Origin: Flaccisagitta enflata
Lineage: Eukaryota
Length of the DNA: 64,000 bases
Assembly: GCA_965153355.1 (NCBI GenBank)
Contig: OZ231126.1
Coordinates: forward strand, 46,810,001-46,874,000
Direction of reading: 5' to 3'
The position numbers were made by a program, and so were the translations under genes. The notes beneath the pieces were generated by a model. It ran no database searches and was not told the origin of the DNA. It saw only the letters and a list, made by a program, of their open reading frames with translations. Numbering within the stretch: the first letter of the stretch is position 1; each line of letters begins with the position of its first letter. Below are positions 59,784 to 64,000 of the stretch, in pieces.

Positions 59784-60214
59784 TTTCTTCTGCTTCATCT
59801 TCTCTTCTTCTTCTCCTTCTTCTTTTTCTTCTTCTTCTTCGTCTTTTCTTTTCTGCTCCTTCCTCTTTTCCTGATTTTTCGTCTTCTTCATTTTCTTCTT
59901 TTTCTTCGCTTTCTTCTCTTTCTTCTCTTTCTTCTTTTTTGTTCTTTTTCTTCTTCTTCTTCTTCTTCTTCTTCTTCTTCTTCTTCTTCTTCTTTTTTTT
60001 CTTCTTCTCCTTTTTCTTCTTTTTCTTCTTCTCTTCCTTCTTCTTCTTTTTCTTCTTCCTTTACTTTATTTTTTTACAGGAAAATGGGGCATAGGGAACC
60101 GCTGACCATATAAGTGATATAAGGCATTTTCTCTCTTCTTCTTTTCCTTCTTGTTTCAATTCCTATCGCATTTTTCATTGTCTCTGTCATTCTGCCCGTT
60201 TGTCTATCTGTTAC

Positions 60215-60393
<179 letters not shown>

Positions 60394-61426
60394 CATTTCT
60401 CACACGCACCCACATAAGCAGTAACGCAAAACCACAATAAAGTACGACACTGTGGCCGAAAATGCCAGTTTCAGATTTTAAAATGTTTCTGTTTGACACC
60501 AAATCTGAGCCACTTTGCCCCCTGATAGCACAAGTTTGTGTGTGTGTGAGCATGTATAGAAATACGTATCCCAGGGTCACAATATCGTCGTAGACGGGGC
60601 CGGGCTGGAGTGGAAATGTGTGGTTTTTACAATTTTTTTACTCAATCATTTACAGACGGCCAGAGGGCCGGACTAGAAAACTAATAAAAAAATGGATTGA
60701 CGTAAAGACGGGTGGGTGTGAAAACCTCTCATAGAATCGCGAGTCCACGACTAAAAAAAACAAACCTTCTGCCAAGTCTTGGTAATGAATCGCTGAAAAT
60801 GTTCTATCGGGGAAATCTGGAAGTTTCCAAACGTCAGACCTGCATTATTGAAGATTGCCCGCAGAAGGATTGAGAAGTAAGAAGAGGGGGAGAAGAGGAG
60901 GAGGAAGAAGAGTAGGAACAAGATTTGAAGGGGGAGCGGCAAATGAGTAGCAGCAGATCGAAACAGCAGCTTTTTGGTCTTCGGAAAGAAAAGAGGCAAA
61001 AAAAGAACCGCAAATTACTATTGTATAATGTCAAGTCGTGTTCAAAATTGAAGCGAGTTGAGGGAGAACCAGATTCTCACTGCGGGGAAAATCAATGCAC
61101 TAATGTGCCGACTCTGGTGCAGCGCACTTTTCAGCCGATTTGACACAACCGATAACTATGATGAAAACCTCACCCAACGAAATAGGATTTTTAGGTCAGG
61201 GTAATGGATGGATGGAACACCGGCAATGAAAGAAAAGCCATGTTGGAAGTAAAAATAGAAGATAAAAAAGATTTTCCCCAGTAGTTGTGCCGTGTGACAA
61301 GGACTTCAATTTTCAATTTTCACAGAATCGATGAAATCGGTTTTATGAGGTACATCAACGCACACACACAGACGCACACAGACGCGCGCACACACAGACG
61401 CACACAGACGCGCGCGCACACACACA

Positions 61427-61987
<561 letters not shown>

Positions 61988-63660
61988 CACTCCTTTCATA
62001 CTCAGTCTCACCTTCTGATTCCCAGTAATGAGCAAGTGTAACCGGAATCGATGGAATTTCAAGTCGTGTGAGAAAATTCAATCAAGAAGAGTAACAATTT
62101 CATTTCACTCAATGAATCATTCACTTTATTGTTTAATTTCCTTAATGAAATCTCTTAATGAACCAGTCCCTTTTAATCTTTTCATGTTTCACAGAATAAT
62201 TAATCTAAAACTGGATTCCAATTTACGAGTAACTTTATAAAGAGCGACCTCTCTCTGTGTGTTGTTCTTATGTCTATTCAAGGGTTTCAATTTACAAGTA
62301 ACTCTACAAAGAGCGACTTCTCTCTGTGTGTTATTCATATGTATACATCCGACGGTCTGTCCAACACGTTCGTCCATTATGCGTTATTATTGATTGTATG
62401 CATGACTATTACGTTGAACATATTTCGGGCGGCATACCATTCGTTCACACATGCAATCATTCATTCATTCATTCATCTTCACTAAATCATTCATCTCTTC
62501 ACTCATTCATTCATTCATTCATTCATTCATTCATCTCATTCATATAGTCATACTTGGCACACCCGTGATAATCTGTGTCTTGGGTCCGTTAGAGCAGGGT
62601 TCAACGTAACCTTTTGCATTACTTCAGGTTCATAGGGGAAAAGCTCCCACACTCGTTGCCTAGATAACCCCTTTATTCACTAGCTGATAGGTTTATTAAA
62701 TTTTTTTTCATGATTTGTTTATTCCTAAGCGAAAAAAAGAAAATTAAAGACCACTGTATTAATATTAAAGAACAAAATGCTGATCTGGAATTTTTATCAT
62801 AAGCTCGACAAGGCAAGTATTTCTAATTTTAGAATACTGGGACTAAAAATAAACAAAGGAAATTGTTCATAATAATCAATTATTTCAGATGCGTGGCATA
62901 AAAACAGGGCCGGATACACAGTTACCCCAGTCGCTTGCGGGTGGGCAGGAGCCGTAATTTGGGCTGGAGCCTAAGACCGCAAAAACAAAAAGAAGTAAAG
63001 TGTGGCAGGGGACTGACCGACGAACGGACGAACGGATGGACAGACGAAGCGGGTTGTAGAGTCGCGTAGCACGCGATTGAAAATTTCGTCTAGCGTGTTC
63101 GCTGAAGTTTACGATGATATTGAAACTTTTTCATTCAAAAACTAAACATTGAGTTAAGATGAAAAGCAAATAGTTGCTTTTGAACTGAAGCCGCAGATAA
63201 TGAAAATGTATCAATGCGGAAAGAAAGAAAATTGTGATTCGTCTTTCTCTTTAAAGAAATGTAAGTTGTAAATTGAAAATTGAATGGAATATTGGACGTC
63301 TGGCAATCTCGTTCAAATTGTTTTGTACGATTTATTGAACTTGAAGAGAATCTGGAACACAGTACCTCAGATCCCCCCGTCCCAAAATTCATCCCTCTTT
63401 CACCCCCAATTCACTAATGGAGCAACCAGTCGCAGATCTAATTTAAAATGCGTATTACGATTAGGATTTGCAAAAATTCCAATTTCATGGATTTGCAATT
63501 TATGTGTTTTAAAATCAAAGGTCGACCAAAGGTTCGGTTTGGTACTGACCTACTGACTCTCACCCACCTTTGGCCTCCAGTTCGGCTTCGGTTTTGAAAG
63601 TGCCAGTAGGTAGTACAAATATCAGTATGTAGTAGGTAGAAGGTTCAAAAATGAATTTAG

Positions 63661-63718
<58 letters not shown>

Positions 63719-64000
63719 AAAAAAGAGACAGAGAGAAATGATAACAATATAAAAATCATTTATAAAAAAATATAAGGACCACTGTTTTTAGTCGCTATCA
63801 CGCGACTCTACAACCTGCTATGTCCATTGGTCGGTTGGTTGGTTGGTGAGTCAGTTGGTCACATTTTACTTTTTTTTATGATTTTATTTCTTTGACCCTA
63901 CTGCTCCTGCCCTAATGGTCTAGTGACCTCAAAAATTAAACAAAGAAATAAAGACATAGAAACAAAAAAAAGGATAAAAATTTTGCTAAAAAAAAAATTT

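Overview
Eukaryotic (animal, probably invertebrate) genomic DNA, very rich in microsatellites and small non-autonomous DNA transposons. Almost every ORF in the supplied track is a simple-repeat artefact. Manual splicing supports three protein-coding genes. (1) The last two exons of a hemopexin-repeat, MMP-like gene on + (284-425, 2756-3152). (2) A complete 12-exon plastin/fimbrin gene on - (56091 to 10648, 631 aa, all GT-AG introns with consistent phases). (3) A two-exon divergent ionotropic glutamate receptor / IR-like channel gene on + (about 48931-51925), nested antisense inside plastin intron 4. It has no N-terminal ATD, an unusual pore, and a Thr at the Lurcher gate position. The non-coding DNA holds several HINE/DINE-1-like (Helentron-type) families, four hAT-type elements with intact 8-bp TSDs, other TIR and fold-back elements, and tandem duplications. 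The 22-kb plastin intron 8 contains a cluster of 10 octamer motifs and an array of 5' splice-site-like motifs. The organism cannot be identified from sequence alone, and family assignments come from recognising motifs, not from database searches.
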